DNA of 64,000 nucleotides, from NCBI GenBank assembly GCA_040377425.1, contig JBEIOU010000013.1, forward strand, positions 7,919 to 71,918, given 5' to 3'. How positions within the stretch are numbered: position 1 is the first letter of the stretch; each line of letters begins with the position of its first letter. This document shows positions 1 through 12,743 of this stretch, one piece after another. The position numbers were made by a program, and so were the translations under genes. The notes beneath the pieces are model-generated. The model saw only the letters and a list, made by a program, of their open reading frames with translations, was not told where the DNA came from and searched no databases. Source of the DNA: Micavibrio sp. (GTDB lineage Bacteria; Pseudomonadota; Alphaproteobacteria; Micavibrionales; UBA2020).

Positions 1-1611
1 TTTACCGCGCAGGCCGCATATTACAAACATGCACAAAGCGAATTTGAAGCCCGCGCGGCTGCCGGCGGCTTGAATGCCGCAGAAGAAGGCGCGCGTCTGG
101 CGGGGCTTTATGAATCTGTGGCGGCATGGTTTGATGCGCAGGCGCAGGACGTATCGGGCGGCACGCCGATTGATGCGCTACATTTTGATATCAAATTCTT
201 TGTCGAAACCATCCTGTTGAAACCCGCGCAGCTGAACCGTGAACGCGCCGCAGCTTGCCGCGCCCTGATGGCGGCAGATGCTGAACAGCTGGCACATCAT
301 TATGCCATTCTGGCGGGTCTGTTTAACGTCGAGTTTGCAAGCTTCGAGCGTAAGCGGTACATCAACCTGTCGCACGACGCAAACAAGGCGATGAACCTGA
401 ACAGCTATATCCAGCTGATCGGCCATGCCTGGAAAGAAGTCGAAACGCCGCAAGGTCTGGTGCTGGAGCAATGCGCAGCCGAAGAGGCAACGTTCAGCGT
501 GCCGAATACCGATTATATCAACACCATCGATGCCGACAGCCTGATGACGCATGATTACGTGTCGCGTCTGGTTTATTTGATGGAACAGCCCGACCACGCC
601 AAAATTGCCGTGGCGCAGGCGCCGTGCTCGTCCATTCCTGGCTCTCCCGTTGAAATCGAACGCATCGCGGGTGCCGTGATTGACGTGCAGTATCATACCC
701 ACCAGGGCTATACCTATTGGTATGCCAGTTTCTGGGTGGGCGCGAATGCCATGCTACGTATGACCGCGCTGAATGCGATCAAGGAAATCGCCAATGTCGA
801 TGGCAAAACCTTCGCCATTTATATTCAAGACCGCACGGTGATCGAAGATACGGAATCGACCATCGACCTCGTACAAAAAGGGTGGCTGCTGTATAACTAT
901 CCTGCACGCATGACCTTTAGCGCAACGCCGGCGGATTTCGGCTCTCTGCTTATCCAGCGTCGCCGCTGGGCGAATGGCGGCCTGATTATTCTGCCAAAAC
1001 TGATCCGCTATGCCATGCAGGCGCCCAAGAACCTGCGCCTGCTCAAAGAACTTTTTATGCGCTTTAACTATCTGGCGATGACGACGCTCAGCGTGGCGGT
1101 GATGTATCTGTTTGCGTTCTACAGCTTTAGCCCGCGTCTCAGCACGCCACTGCTGATTTATGCGAATATTCCGCTGCTGCTGCTGTATTCGCGTGACCTC
1201 AAGGTTTGCGGCTACCGCTATACCGACGTGTTCCGCGTTATCTCGCTCAACCTGATGCTGCTGCCGATTATTACGGCGGGTGTTCTGAAACAGATGCAGC
1301 AAATTTTGACAGGCCGCAAAGTTCCTTTTGCGCGCACGCCCAAGGTGAAAAACCGTACCGGCGCGCCGGCGATGTATTACCTGATGGAACTGGGCATGAT
1401 CGGCTATTGCGCATATATGGTGATTGCGAACGCGCTGGATGACGAATGGTCGCCTGTGGTTTATTCGCTTTTGAACCTGACGATGCTGCTGTATGCCATG
1501 TTCCGGTATATTGGTGTGCGTGCCATGTGCCAGGATTTGTGGGCGGCATGGATAAACACATGGGCAGGTTTCACGCAAAAGCGTGCGGCGCGTCAAAAAC
1601 CGCAAGCCTGA
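1..1611 (+). CDS. Family-2 processive glycosyltransferase (cellulose-synthase-like), 5' partial
   Basis: The frame is open from base 1, and the track start at 70 is only a TTG. It carries the DAD (TIDADSLM), TED (EDTEST) and QRRRW motifs, followed by several hydrophobic C-terminal helices. Confidence 0.8.
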   Translation, partial: FTAQAAYYKHAQSEFEARAAAGGLNAAEEGARLAGLYESVAAWFDAQAQDVSGGTPIDALHFDIKFFVETILLKPAQLNRERAAACRALMAADAEQLAHHYAILAGLFNVEFASFERKRYINLSHDANKAMNLNSYIQLIGHAWKEVETPQGLVLEQCAAEEATFSVPNTDYINTIDADSLMTHDYVSRLVYLMEQPDHAKIAVAQAPCSSIPGSPVEIERIAGAVIDVQYHTHQGYTYWYASFWVGANAMLRMTALNAIKEIANVDGKTFAIYIQDRTVIEDTESTIDLVQKGWLLYNYPARMTFSATPADFGSLLIQRRRWANGGLIILPKLIRYAMQAPKNLRLLKELFMRFNYLAMTTLSVAVMYLFAFYSFSPRLSTPLLIYANIPLLLLYSRDLKVCGYRYTDVFRVISLNLMLLPIITAGVLKQMQQILTGRKVPFARTPKVKNRTGAPAMYYLMELGMIGYCAYMVIANALDDEWSPVVYSLLNLTMLLYAMFRYIGVRAMCQDLWAAWINTWAGFTQKRAARQKPQA

Positions 1612-1630
1612 TAGATGAAAACCAAGCAAA

Positions 1631-1658
1631 AGCCCGCTGGCATTGCTGTCAGCGGGCT
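1631..1658. terminator. Bidirectional rho-independent terminator between convergent genes
   Basis: Stem AGCCCGCTG / CAGCGGGCT with a 10-nt loop, an A-run upstream and a T-rich tract downstream. Confidence 0.7.
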
Positions 1659-1682
1659 TTTGCTTTTGCGGTTGTGCGGTTT

Positions 1683-2857
<1,175 letters not shown>

Positions 2858-3173
2858 TCAATGCCTGCGCCGTGTATAAATCGAGTGGCCGAGGCCCGCT
2901 ATTAGGCCATTGATTCGTCTTTCTAAAAAAGCTGAAAACTTTCAGATCACTACGGCCGAGTGTGAAACCACCAGACGCAAAGCATGCGCTATCGCCATGG
3001 ACGGGGATATGTGGTCAATCCGCTTTATGGTTTTTGCGCCGCTGCGTAAGCGTAAAATTTTTGAAAAATTTTAAGACGTCCCGAGGGCTTGTTTTTTAAA
3101 CCCTTTTTGCCCTGGTTTTTCCCTAAGCGAGATGAAAGCGACTCTCATTTAGATCCCCCTGCGGGACAAGATG

Positions 3174-3202
3174 TTGACAATGAGTAAACGCAATCATACT
3201 AT
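3174..3202 (+). promoter_or_regulatory. Candidate sigma70-type promoter for nrdHIEF
   Basis: TTGACA (3174-3179), a 17-nt spacer, then TACTAT (3197-3202). Confidence 0.5.
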
Positions 3203-3211
3203 ATCTAGTAG
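3196..3211. promoter_or_regulatory. NrdR-box-like palindrome overlapping the -10 element
   Basis: ATACTATATCTAGTAG has a near-palindromic core ACTATATCTAGT and matches about 12 of 16 positions of the NrdR consensus as I recall it. Only one box was found. Confidence 0.3.
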
Positions 3212-3532
3212 CTGGAGGGGGCAGGGGTTAACGACGCGCCGCTATCAACCAATATCGGTTTTGCCGCATATTTTGGCCTTGATAAACGCGTTTTTTCACG
3301 CAAAAAACCATAGATTTGCCGAAAAACCATATTTTTCGGAATGCCTGATTTTTGCCTGAAGCCCGGTTTGCTTCTCTCTGGTCAACGATAAAAACACTCA
3401 CGCACCCATCATCGGGGCACATCGAAGACGAAGAGAAAATCAGCCGACAGCGCCGGATGTCCTATCCGGTTCGCGGGACGCCTTTCACTGACATCCTTGA
3501 TCGTGTGCCGATCTCACAAGCGAGGATTTCAC

Positions 3533-3754
3533 ATGTCAGTTACCGTTTACAGCAAACCGTCCTGCGTACAATGCACCGCAACCTACCGCGCGCTCGACCG
3601 CAAAGGCGTTTCTTATAACATTATCGACCTGTCCCAAGATCCTTCCATGCTGGGCAAGATCAGCGAACTGGGCTACCGCGAGGTGCCCGTTGTATTTGCT
3701 GGCGAACAGCACTGGTCCGGCTTCCGTCCGGATATGATCAGCGCGCTCGGTTAA
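3533..3754 (+). CDS. nrdH: Glutaredoxin-like protein NrdH
   Basis: [22 protein letters not shown] with a CVQC redox motif. A GAGGA RBS lies 7 nt upstream of the ATG. It is the first gene of the nrdHIEF order. Confidence 0.9.
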   Translation: MSVTVYSKPSCVQCTATYRALDRKGVSYNIIDLSQDPSMLGKISELGYREVPVVFAGEQHWSGFRPDMISALG

Positions 3755-3762
3755 TTTTCGCC

Positions 3763-4196
3763 ATGGCGCGGGTCGTTTACTATTCCAGTCATTCACAAAA
3801 CACACACCGTTTTGCCGAACGTCTGGGCATTCCCGCCATGCGCATTCCGGTTTCCCCGCAGGAGGCTATGCCCCGTGCAGATGAACCGTTTGTTCTGATC
3901 ACGCCCACCTATGCCGATGATGTCGGCCGCGGCGCGGTTCCCAAACAGGTCATCCGATTTCTCAACGACCCTGCACACAGGGAACTGTTGAGGGGGGTCA
4001 TCGCCTCCGGCAACCGGAACTTCGGCCAGTTTTATGGCCATGCGGGTAATGTGATTGCTCAAAAATGTGATGTGCCGCTTTTGTACAAGTTCGAGCTGTC
4101 GGGCACCGAAGAAGATATCAACAACGTTAAGCAAGGAATGATGAAGTTATGGGAGTCGTCGAATTGGGATACGCAGGCGCTGCTAAAAAAGAGCCT

Positions 4197-4200
<4 letters not shown>
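3763..4200 (+). CDS. nrdI: Class Ib ribonucleotide reductase flavodoxin-like protein NrdI
   Basis: The N-terminus [18 protein letters not shown] is typical of NrdI. It sits between nrdH and nrdE. Confidence 0.88.
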
Positions 4201-7348
<3,148 letters not shown>

Positions 7349-7376
7349 TCGCCCGTAAATAGGCGGCATAAAAAAA

Positions 7377-7400
7377 GAGAGCGGGCATTTACCCGCTCTC
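7377..7400. terminator. Bidirectional rho-independent terminator (nrdF / csp convergent)
   Basis: Stem GAGAGCGGG / CCCGCTCTC flanked by an A-run and a T-run. Confidence 0.8.
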
Positions 7401-7437
7401 TTTTTTTATGCGTTTTTGCGCGGCGCTTTGAAAACCT

Positions 7438-7644
7438 TTACGGCAAGAGCGCGATATTTACTGCCGACGTTTTACCGTTTTCTGTATGGAGGTCATAGGA
7501 CAGGCGCTGGCCAACGTCGACTTGTTCGATACCCGCGGCGCTCAGGGCCGAGATATGCACGTAAACGTTATCTCCCCCGTCTTGCGGGCGGATAAAGCCG
7601 TAGCCGCGATCTTGTTTGAACGAAATAATACTTCCTGTCGGCAT
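7438..7644 (-). CDS. Cold-shock domain protein (CspA family)
   Basis: The RNP1-like motif DRGYGFI is followed by VYVHISAL. The product is 68 aa. Confidence 0.9.
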   Translation of the reverse strand: MPTGSIISFKQDRGYGFIRPQDGGDNVYVHISALSAAGIEQVDVGQRLSYDLHTENGKTSAVNIALLP

Positions 7645-7645
7645 T

Positions 7646-7969
7646 TTAATCTTCCTTTACCAGCTTCTGGCATTTGCCCATTTTGATCGATGATAACTTA
7701 CGGCGGATCATATCGCCCGCATTTATTTTGGAGGGGGTATCTTCGGCGCTCTCGATCAACGATAGCCGCTTGACCGCGATGACCTCCAGCTCGACTGTCT
7801 CGCCGAGCGAGAGGACTTTTGCGGTCACCGCCTGCTCCCCGATTTGATCCGGCTTCCCGCGCGGTTTGTTCGGTTTTGCCCAAATCGGCTCGCGCCAGCG
7901 GATCGTATCCGAAACGGCGGGGGCGGGGCAGGGCGGCCATTTTTCTTGTGTCATTTTTAAATTATCCAA
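7646..7969 (-). CDS. Hypothetical protein, translationally coupled to the downstream csp
   Basis: ORF of 107 aa (an alternative start is at M6). Its TAA stop is 1 nt from the csp ATG. I recognise no family. Confidence 0.5.
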   Translation of the reverse strand: MDNLKMTQEKWPPCPAPAVSDTIRWREPIWAKPNKPRGKPDQIGEQAVTAKVLSLGETVELEVIAVKRLSLIESAEDTPSKINAGDMIRRKLSSIKMGKCQKLVKED

Positions 7970-8090
7970 AAGATAAATTTCTAGTAAGGGTGCGGCGGCT
8001 CAATTCTCGGGGGTGGCGCAGCCCGAAGATGGCAGAATATTCTACTTTTTATCATCGGAAATACAGAGAACTTTTTCATTTTTACGCGGG

Positions 8091-9284
8091 TCATGACAGG
8101 AATTTGGCCACCCGCCGGGAAATCGCGGGAGAGGCTGCCGCGACCACGGGCGTCACCAGCAATGACATAGACGTTACAATCATGAAAAACTGGGCGTCTG
8201 CTGCCGGAATGATGCCATAGCCGAGGGCGATTGTAACGATCACAAAAACAAACTCTCCGCTTTGCCCAAGAAGGATCGAGGTTTCGGCGGCCGTTTTTTT
8301 CTCTACCTTGAACAAGAGGCAAAGCGCAAACAGAATGCCCGCCTTGAGAAGGCCGATACCCGCGACCGATGCAAATATCCACAGCGCATTATCCATCAGC
8401 ATTTTTCCATCTATCATCATGCCGACCGACAGAAAAAACACACCCATCAGAAGGTTTTTAATGGGGGCGATGACGCTTTGAATATCGTTTTTATGTTCTG
8501 TTTCCGCAAGCAGCAGCCCCGCAAGGAAGGCGCCCAGCGCCGACGACAGCCCCGCCTTCTCCGTCAAGGATGCCGCCCCGATCATGACAAAGAGCGCGAA
8601 GGACGTGAGCCATTCCTTGCGCTTGCTGGGGTTGATGTGGCGTAGCAGGGGTCTCAGCAGGCGCATGCCGATCAAATAAATTCCGGCAACCGTCACGGTG
8701 GCCAGTGCCAGCGCACTGCCGGTTACAAAGAAAAGGCTTTGATCCGTTTTTGTTGTATATGCCGTCAGCAGTACCAGAATGGGGACAACTGCCAGATCTT
8801 GCATCAGAAGGATTGAAAACGACAGTTTGCCGACAGGTTTGTTGAGGGTGTCTTTTTCATCGAGCAGTTGCATGACAACGGCCGTCGATGAAAGCGCAAA
8901 GCAGGCCCCCAGCAAAATAGACATTTCAAGCGCGTTTCCAAAATAATAGGCGATGACGAATACCGCGGTACCCGTCAGAACGATCTGGCAACTGCCCAGC
9001 CCCAGGATGTGTCTTCTCATTTGCCACAACTCGTTCAGCGAGAGTTTCAGGCCAATCATAAACATCAAAAAAATGATACCCAGCTCCGAGAATTCGGTAA
9101 TCATCTCGCTGTCTGCAATAGACGGGATTGCCTGCGTATCAAGCCACGACGTCAGACCATGCGGGCCCATCAATATGCCGCATAACAAAAAACCCAGCAC
9201 AGGAGAAATCTTCATCCTGTGAAGCAGAGGGATCGTCAGGCCCGCAATGCCCAGAAGAATAAGAATTTGTGTATAGTTGTGCAT
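8091..9284 (-). CDS. Cation:proton antiporter (CPA2/Kef-type membrane domain, no KTN domain)
   Basis: Polytopic membrane protein with an N-terminus (LLGIAGLTIPLLHRMKISPVLGFLLCGILMGPHGL) typical of Kef/CPA2 transporters. Confidence 0.8.
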   Translation of the reverse strand: MHNYTQILILLGIAGLTIPLLHRMKISPVLGFLLCGILMGPHGLTSWLDTQAIPSIADSEMITEFSELGIIFLMFMIGLKLSLNELWQMRRHILGLGSCQIVLTGTAVFVIAYYFGNALEMSILLGACFALSSTAVVMQLLDEKDTLNKPVGKLSFSILLMQDLAVVPILVLLTAYTTKTDQSLFFVTGSALALATVTVAGIYLIGMRLLRPLLRHINPSKRKEWLTSFALFVMIGAASLTEKAGLSSALGAFLAGLLLAETEHKNDIQSVIAPIKNLLMGVFFLSVGMMIDGKMLMDNALWIFASVAGIGLLKAGILFALCLLFKVEKKTAAETSILLGQSGEFVFVIVTIALGYGIIPAADAQFFMIVTSMSLLVTPVVAAASPAISRRVAKFLS

Positions 9285-9363
9285 AGGTTCTGACCCTCAG
9301 GGGCGGCTCTCATGTCTGTTGAGAACGATTGCTATCTCGGCGTGTTTTTTAGAGACTACACGG

Positions 9364-9456
9364 TTAGAGACCCATAATAGCAAAGAGTGTTGATAGAACG
9401 GCTGCGTATACCGCAACAGGGTCTATATTGCCTGATGCTGTAAAATCAAAAGTCAT
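9364..9456 (-). pseudogene. Truncated remnant (30 codons) paralogous to the N-terminus of the 10381..10875 gene
   Basis: MTFDFTASGNIDPVAVYAAVLSTLFAIMGL* compares with MTLDFSISGDIDPVALYAAILSTVIAIVGLYQWW. A TAA stands where the full copy has TAC. Confidence 0.7.
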
Positions 9457-9481
9457 TTATCTGAAATTATATTTTTGTGTA

Positions 9482-9961
9482 TTATTCAATAATCTTACAT
9501 ATGCCAGTCCATTGAGACGGCATGCTTGTCGTTTCACCAAAAGACAATTGCGTGTGTCGTGAGGTTGCATAGAAATAATTTCCATCGGCATCTCGGTTGG
9601 AAAAAATAGTTGCCGTTATTAAAGCGCCTACACCAGTAAAGTCTATAAAGTTTAGGCCGACTTCCCCTGCTCGGACTGCAACATCATCTGTGCCAGCATT
9701 GCCTATGATAAGCGCCGTGCCATGTTTAATATCTATTTTTGTATAGGTGGCAACGCTGTCTTCTGGATTTTTTGAGAAAGCGCCCCTTTCAAAAGAAGTC
9801 TTTTTGCCATTAAATGTTGATGTGCCGCCTTCTTTAATCGTGCATCGAATTGTTTTGGCGCCCAACAGCGGATCAAGATTGCTTTGTGCTGAGACAGAAA
9901 AAGGTGTGAAAAGTACAATTAACGTCACGAGAAAAATTTTCTTCATTTTAACCTTCTCCAA
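9482..9961 (-). CDS. Hypothetical secreted protein (Sec signal peptide)
   Basis: MKKIFLVTLIVLFTPFSVSA|QS is signal-like. The gene is AT-rich. One Cys lies near the mature N-terminus and one lies 5 residues from the C-terminus. Confidence 0.6.
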   Translation of the reverse strand: MEKVKMKKIFLVTLIVLFTPFSVSAQSNLDPLLGAKTIRCTIKEGGTSTFNGKKTSFERGAFSKNPEDSVATYTKIDIKHGTALIIGNAGTDDVAVRAGEVGLNFIDFTGVGALITATIFSNRDADGNYFYATSRHTQLSFGETTSMPSQWTGICKIIE

Positions 9962-10031
9962 GGGAACAATAATCTTTTCTGATCAGTAACATAGTATCTT
10001 ACAATCCACCTGCCTAAGCAAGTTAATGGAG

Positions 10032-10240
10032 CGAAATTGATTATGGCAGGAACCGCATTTGTCAGCTAAATGAATCGCTTAAAAAATGGTACTTCCTGCT
10101 CTCCAGTACCTGAAAGTTTCTCAGAGTTTTCTATTTGAGAGATAAGAGCGGGCGTGAAGTACGTAAAAAATCCACGCCGACAGTTCACGAATGATTGCAA
10201 ATAAAAGCTTATCACATTGTTGTTCGCGTGACGCTTGTTT
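10032..10240. repeat. Copy 1 of a roughly 200-bp imperfect direct repeat (non-coding)
   Basis: It aligns by eye with 11391..11595 and shares blocks GATTATGGCAG, AAATGAATCGCTTAAAAA, GGCGTGAAGTAC, CAGTTCAC and GCAAATAAA. It contains a GGTACT..AGTACC hairpin (10088-10110). Confidence 0.7.
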
Positions 10241-10380
10241 GCACCAGAGATACGGTTCGTGAAGAATAAATGGCGGAGCAAACAACCCCACGGCGAACCG
10301 TGCATTACCTTACGGCGGGGCCTGTCTGGAATTATCTGGGGGTTTCTGGGAAGAAACAAGCGGTATTTTCCAATGGCGGC

Positions 10381-10875
10381 TCAGGAGTTAGATGGAATTT
10401 TTACCCTGCATAAAACTCCATTTTTTCCACCCATCGAGTGAGCGACAACCGCGTACAGCAGACCTTTGCTAGCCATTCCCTCAAAGTCGTCGGAGGAACT
10501 GTCGACGCCCCCGTCTTGTGGTACCTGTGCTTGCCATTGCTCACCTGGCGGAAGTACATGAGGCGTTTTTACCTTATGGGCAAAGTAAGTCTGAGCTGCC
10601 TTAGATCGAAATATTCTTTTCCAAGGGGATTCCCAATAATGGAAATATAGTCCGGTTATCGTTGTTGCTGATACGCCCGTGTTTGTCACTGTTACGGAGA
10701 TATATCGATGATCGTCCACACTCGGTATCATCACCATATTTCCATTACATTTCACGGAAATCCGATTGCGTGCCCACCACTGGTAAAGACCCACGATAGC
10801 AATGACTGTCGAAAGAATAGCTGCATATAACGCAACTGGGTCTATATCGCCAGATATTGAAAAATCTAATGTCAT
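10381..10875 (-). CDS. Hypothetical membrane-anchored protein (N-terminal TM helix, beta-rich C-terminal domain)
   Basis: 164-aa ORF in the AT-rich islet. The TM segment is IDPVALYAAILSTVIAIVGLYQWW. I recognise no family. Confidence 0.6.
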   Translation of the reverse strand: MTLDFSISGDIDPVALYAAILSTVIAIVGLYQWWARNRISVKCNGNMVMIPSVDDHRYISVTVTNTGVSATTITGLYFHYWESPWKRIFRSKAAQTYFAHKVKTPHVLPPGEQWQAQVPQDGGVDSSSDDFEGMASKGLLYAVVAHSMGGKNGVLCRVKIPSNS

Positions 10876-10891
10876 TTAAGACTTTCTCTTT

Positions 10892-11272
10892 TTATCTTTC
10901 TATGAGAGCGCAGGTTCCATCAAAGAATCCTGGAGGCACTTTTAATGCCACCGCATTGCTTAATTTAGAGAAGTGCCCAGCCATCTTACCACCATCATAA
11001 ATTTGCAATTGATCGCCTACTTTTTTAATAGGGGTGTAGTAACCGAGATACTGACTTGGAATTTCAAATTTTAGGTCACCGTCGGCGTCACTCCACAATC
11101 CTACCCAAGGCCTATATTCACTCAGCCTTAAATAAATTTTAGACTGTTGGGACGTATTATCCGCAGTAATTTTACCATCACACTCAAAACTGGTCTCCAC
11201 AGCAGAAAATTTAATAACGACTACAAATGCGATTATTAGTAAAATAAAAACAGTACCTAAGATTTTTTTCAT
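10892..11272 (-). CDS. Hypothetical signal-anchored/secreted small protein
   Basis: MKKILGTVFILLIIAFVVVIKF is a hydrophobic N-terminus. Cys residues lie near both ends of the mature part. A GGAG RBS is present. Confidence 0.6.
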   Translation of the reverse strand: MKKILGTVFILLIIAFVVVIKFSAVETSFECDGKITADNTSQQSKIYLRLSEYRPWVGLWSDADGDLKFEIPSQYLGYYTPIKKVGDQLQIYDGGKMAGHFSKLSNAVALKVPPGFFDGTCALIER

Positions 11273-11390
11273 TCGTACTCTCCATTAATAAATTCTGCAT
11301 TCATACTAAACAAAGAATTAATATCACAAAACGCCAAATCCACGCTTGTGGAGGGTTACATGATATCTTGGTTAGGCAGTTGAAGTTACG

Positions 11391-11595
11391 AAATAGATTA
11401 TGGCAGAAGTCGAATTCACCAGCAAAATGAATCGCTTAAAAACTGGTACTTCAGAGTCAAAAGTACCAAAAATTACTCAGAGATTTCGTGATTGAGAGAT
11501 AGAAATAGGCGTGAAGTACACGAAGAAAATCGTATCAGCAGTTCACAAACAATCGCAAATAAACGCTTGTGACGCTGTCGTCCATGCGTGGTCGC
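11391..11595. repeat. Copy 2 of the roughly 200-bp imperfect direct repeat, abutting tRNA-Ser
   Basis: See copy 1. The hairpin is TGGTACTT..AAGTACCA (11446-11470). Confidence 0.7.
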
Positions 11596-11628
11596 ATTAC
11601 AGTTGAGATATGGTTGCAACCAGATAAA

Positions 11629-11718
11629 TGGCGGAGAGGATGAGATTCGAACTCACGAAACCTGTTACAGTTTACTCGCTTTCCAGGCGAGCGCCTTCAA
11701 CCACTCGGCCACCTCTCC
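11629..11718 (-). tRNA. tRNA-Ser (anticodon GGA)
   Basis: The reverse complement folds as a cloverleaf with acceptor GGAGAGG/CCTCTCC, anticodon loop CUGGAAA, a long variable arm, T-loop TTCGAAT and an encoded CCA. Confidence 0.9.
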
Positions 11719-11834
11719 GCATCTAGAATGCTGGGTTGTCATGGGACTGCGGGAAGTGAAAGGGCATGCGCGGGGCAGCATTTCAGGCCGTGAATCAGCA
11801 CCAAAGTATCCGCGGTTACCGGATACGGAGCAAC

Positions 11835-11872
11835 AAATTACCCTTAATACGTTTCCGTATCAAGGGTAATTT
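11835..11872 (-). terminator. Extended hairpin downstream of the SPFH/NfeD operon
   Basis: AAATTACCCTT-A-ATACG-TTTC-CGTAT-C-AAGGGTAATTT. On the minus strand it is followed by GTTG, so the T-run is weak. Confidence 0.45.
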
Positions 11873-11919
11873 AGTGTATTCAAAACAATGGTTTATGCCG
11901 GTTTTTGTCCGGCGGCGCC

Positions 11920-12666
11920 TTAGTTGCCCAGTTTCTTGAGCATATCGAGCGGCAGGGGGAGCACGATGGTGCTGCTCTTGTCGTTTGCGATGTCCTGGAA
12001 GGCGGCGAGGTAGCGCAGCTGCATCGCGCCCGGCTCGGTCGCCAGCAGGCGGGAGGCTTCGACCAGCTTGCCGGCGGCTTGCAATTCACCCTCGGCGCTG
12101 ATGACTTTGGCGCGGCGTTCGCGTTCGGCTTCGGCCTGACGGGCAATCGCGCGGATCATGCTTTCGGCGATGTCGATGTGTTTCAGTTCAACGTTGGCGA
12201 CCTTGATGCCCCACTGGTCGGTCAGGCCGTCGAGGATCTCGCGGATGTCGGCGCTGAGCTTGTCACGCTCCGACAGCATTTCGTCCAGCTCGTGCTTACC
12301 CAGAACAGATCGCAGGGTGGTCTGCGCCAGTTCGGACGTTGCGCGCATGAAATCGGTAACTTTGTTGATGGCGTTATCCGGCGATACAACGCGGAAGTAG
12401 ACAACCGCGTTGACCTTGACCGAAATGTTGTCTTTGGAAATCACGTCCTGGCTGGGAACGTCGATGGTGCGTACACGCATATCGACGCGCACCATGGTCT
12501 GGAAGCCGGGGACCAGAATGATCAGGCCGGGACCTTTGACGCCGGTGAAACGGCCAAGGGTGTAGACAACGCCGCGTTCATATTCGCGCAAGACGCGGAA
12601 CGCATAGCCCAGAAAGACAAGGCCGACGAGGAGCAAAAAGCCTAAAAAGCCGATACCGATACCCAT
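11920..12666 (-). CDS. SPFH/band-7 (stomatin-like) membrane protein
   Basis: An N-terminal TM helix is followed by VLREYERGVVYTLGRF and DNISVKVNAVVYFRV, typical of the slipin/QmcA family. It is paired with the upstream NfeD gene. Confidence 0.88.
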   Translation of the reverse strand: MGIGIGFLGFLLLVGLVFLGYAFRVLREYERGVVYTLGRFTGVKGPGLIILVPGFQTMVRVDMRVRTIDVPSQDVISKDNISVKVNAVVYFRVVSPDNAINKVTDFMRATSELAQTTLRSVLGKHELDEMLSERDKLSADIREILDGLTDQWGIKVANVELKHIDIAESMIRAIARQAEAERERRAKVISAEGELQAAGKLVEASRLLATEPGAMQLRYLAAFQDIANDKSSTIVLPLPLDMLKKLGN

Positions 12667-12743
12667 GATTGATTAGATCCTTTCGTTATAGATAAACGTT
12701 TGTGCGCGGGGGCGTTTGTGCCGCTGCGCGGTTGTCTGGTTGG

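Noticed and set aside
3210-3532. Cobalamin (B12) riboswitch in the nrdH leader
   Set aside because: I looked for a B12-box-like core and the conserved GGTG…AA.TCC…GCCACTG-type elements. I saw only weak fragments (for example AAGCCCGG), not enough to call.
10066-10359. 97-aa ORF inside repeat copy 1
   Set aside because: The equivalent frame in repeat copy 2 is closed by a stop within a few codons, so the repeat is treated as non-coding.
9285-11628. Calling the AT-rich islet an integrative element inserted at tRNA-Ser
   Set aside because: I found no integrase/recombinase gene and no duplication of the tRNA 3' end (no second copy of GATTCGAACTC or the acceptor-stem sequence). Only 'AT-rich accessory islet adjacent to a tRNA' is supported.
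11588-11869. 93-aa ORF on the plus strand
   Set aside because: It overlaps the tRNA-Ser gene on the opposite strand and has no RBS or motif.
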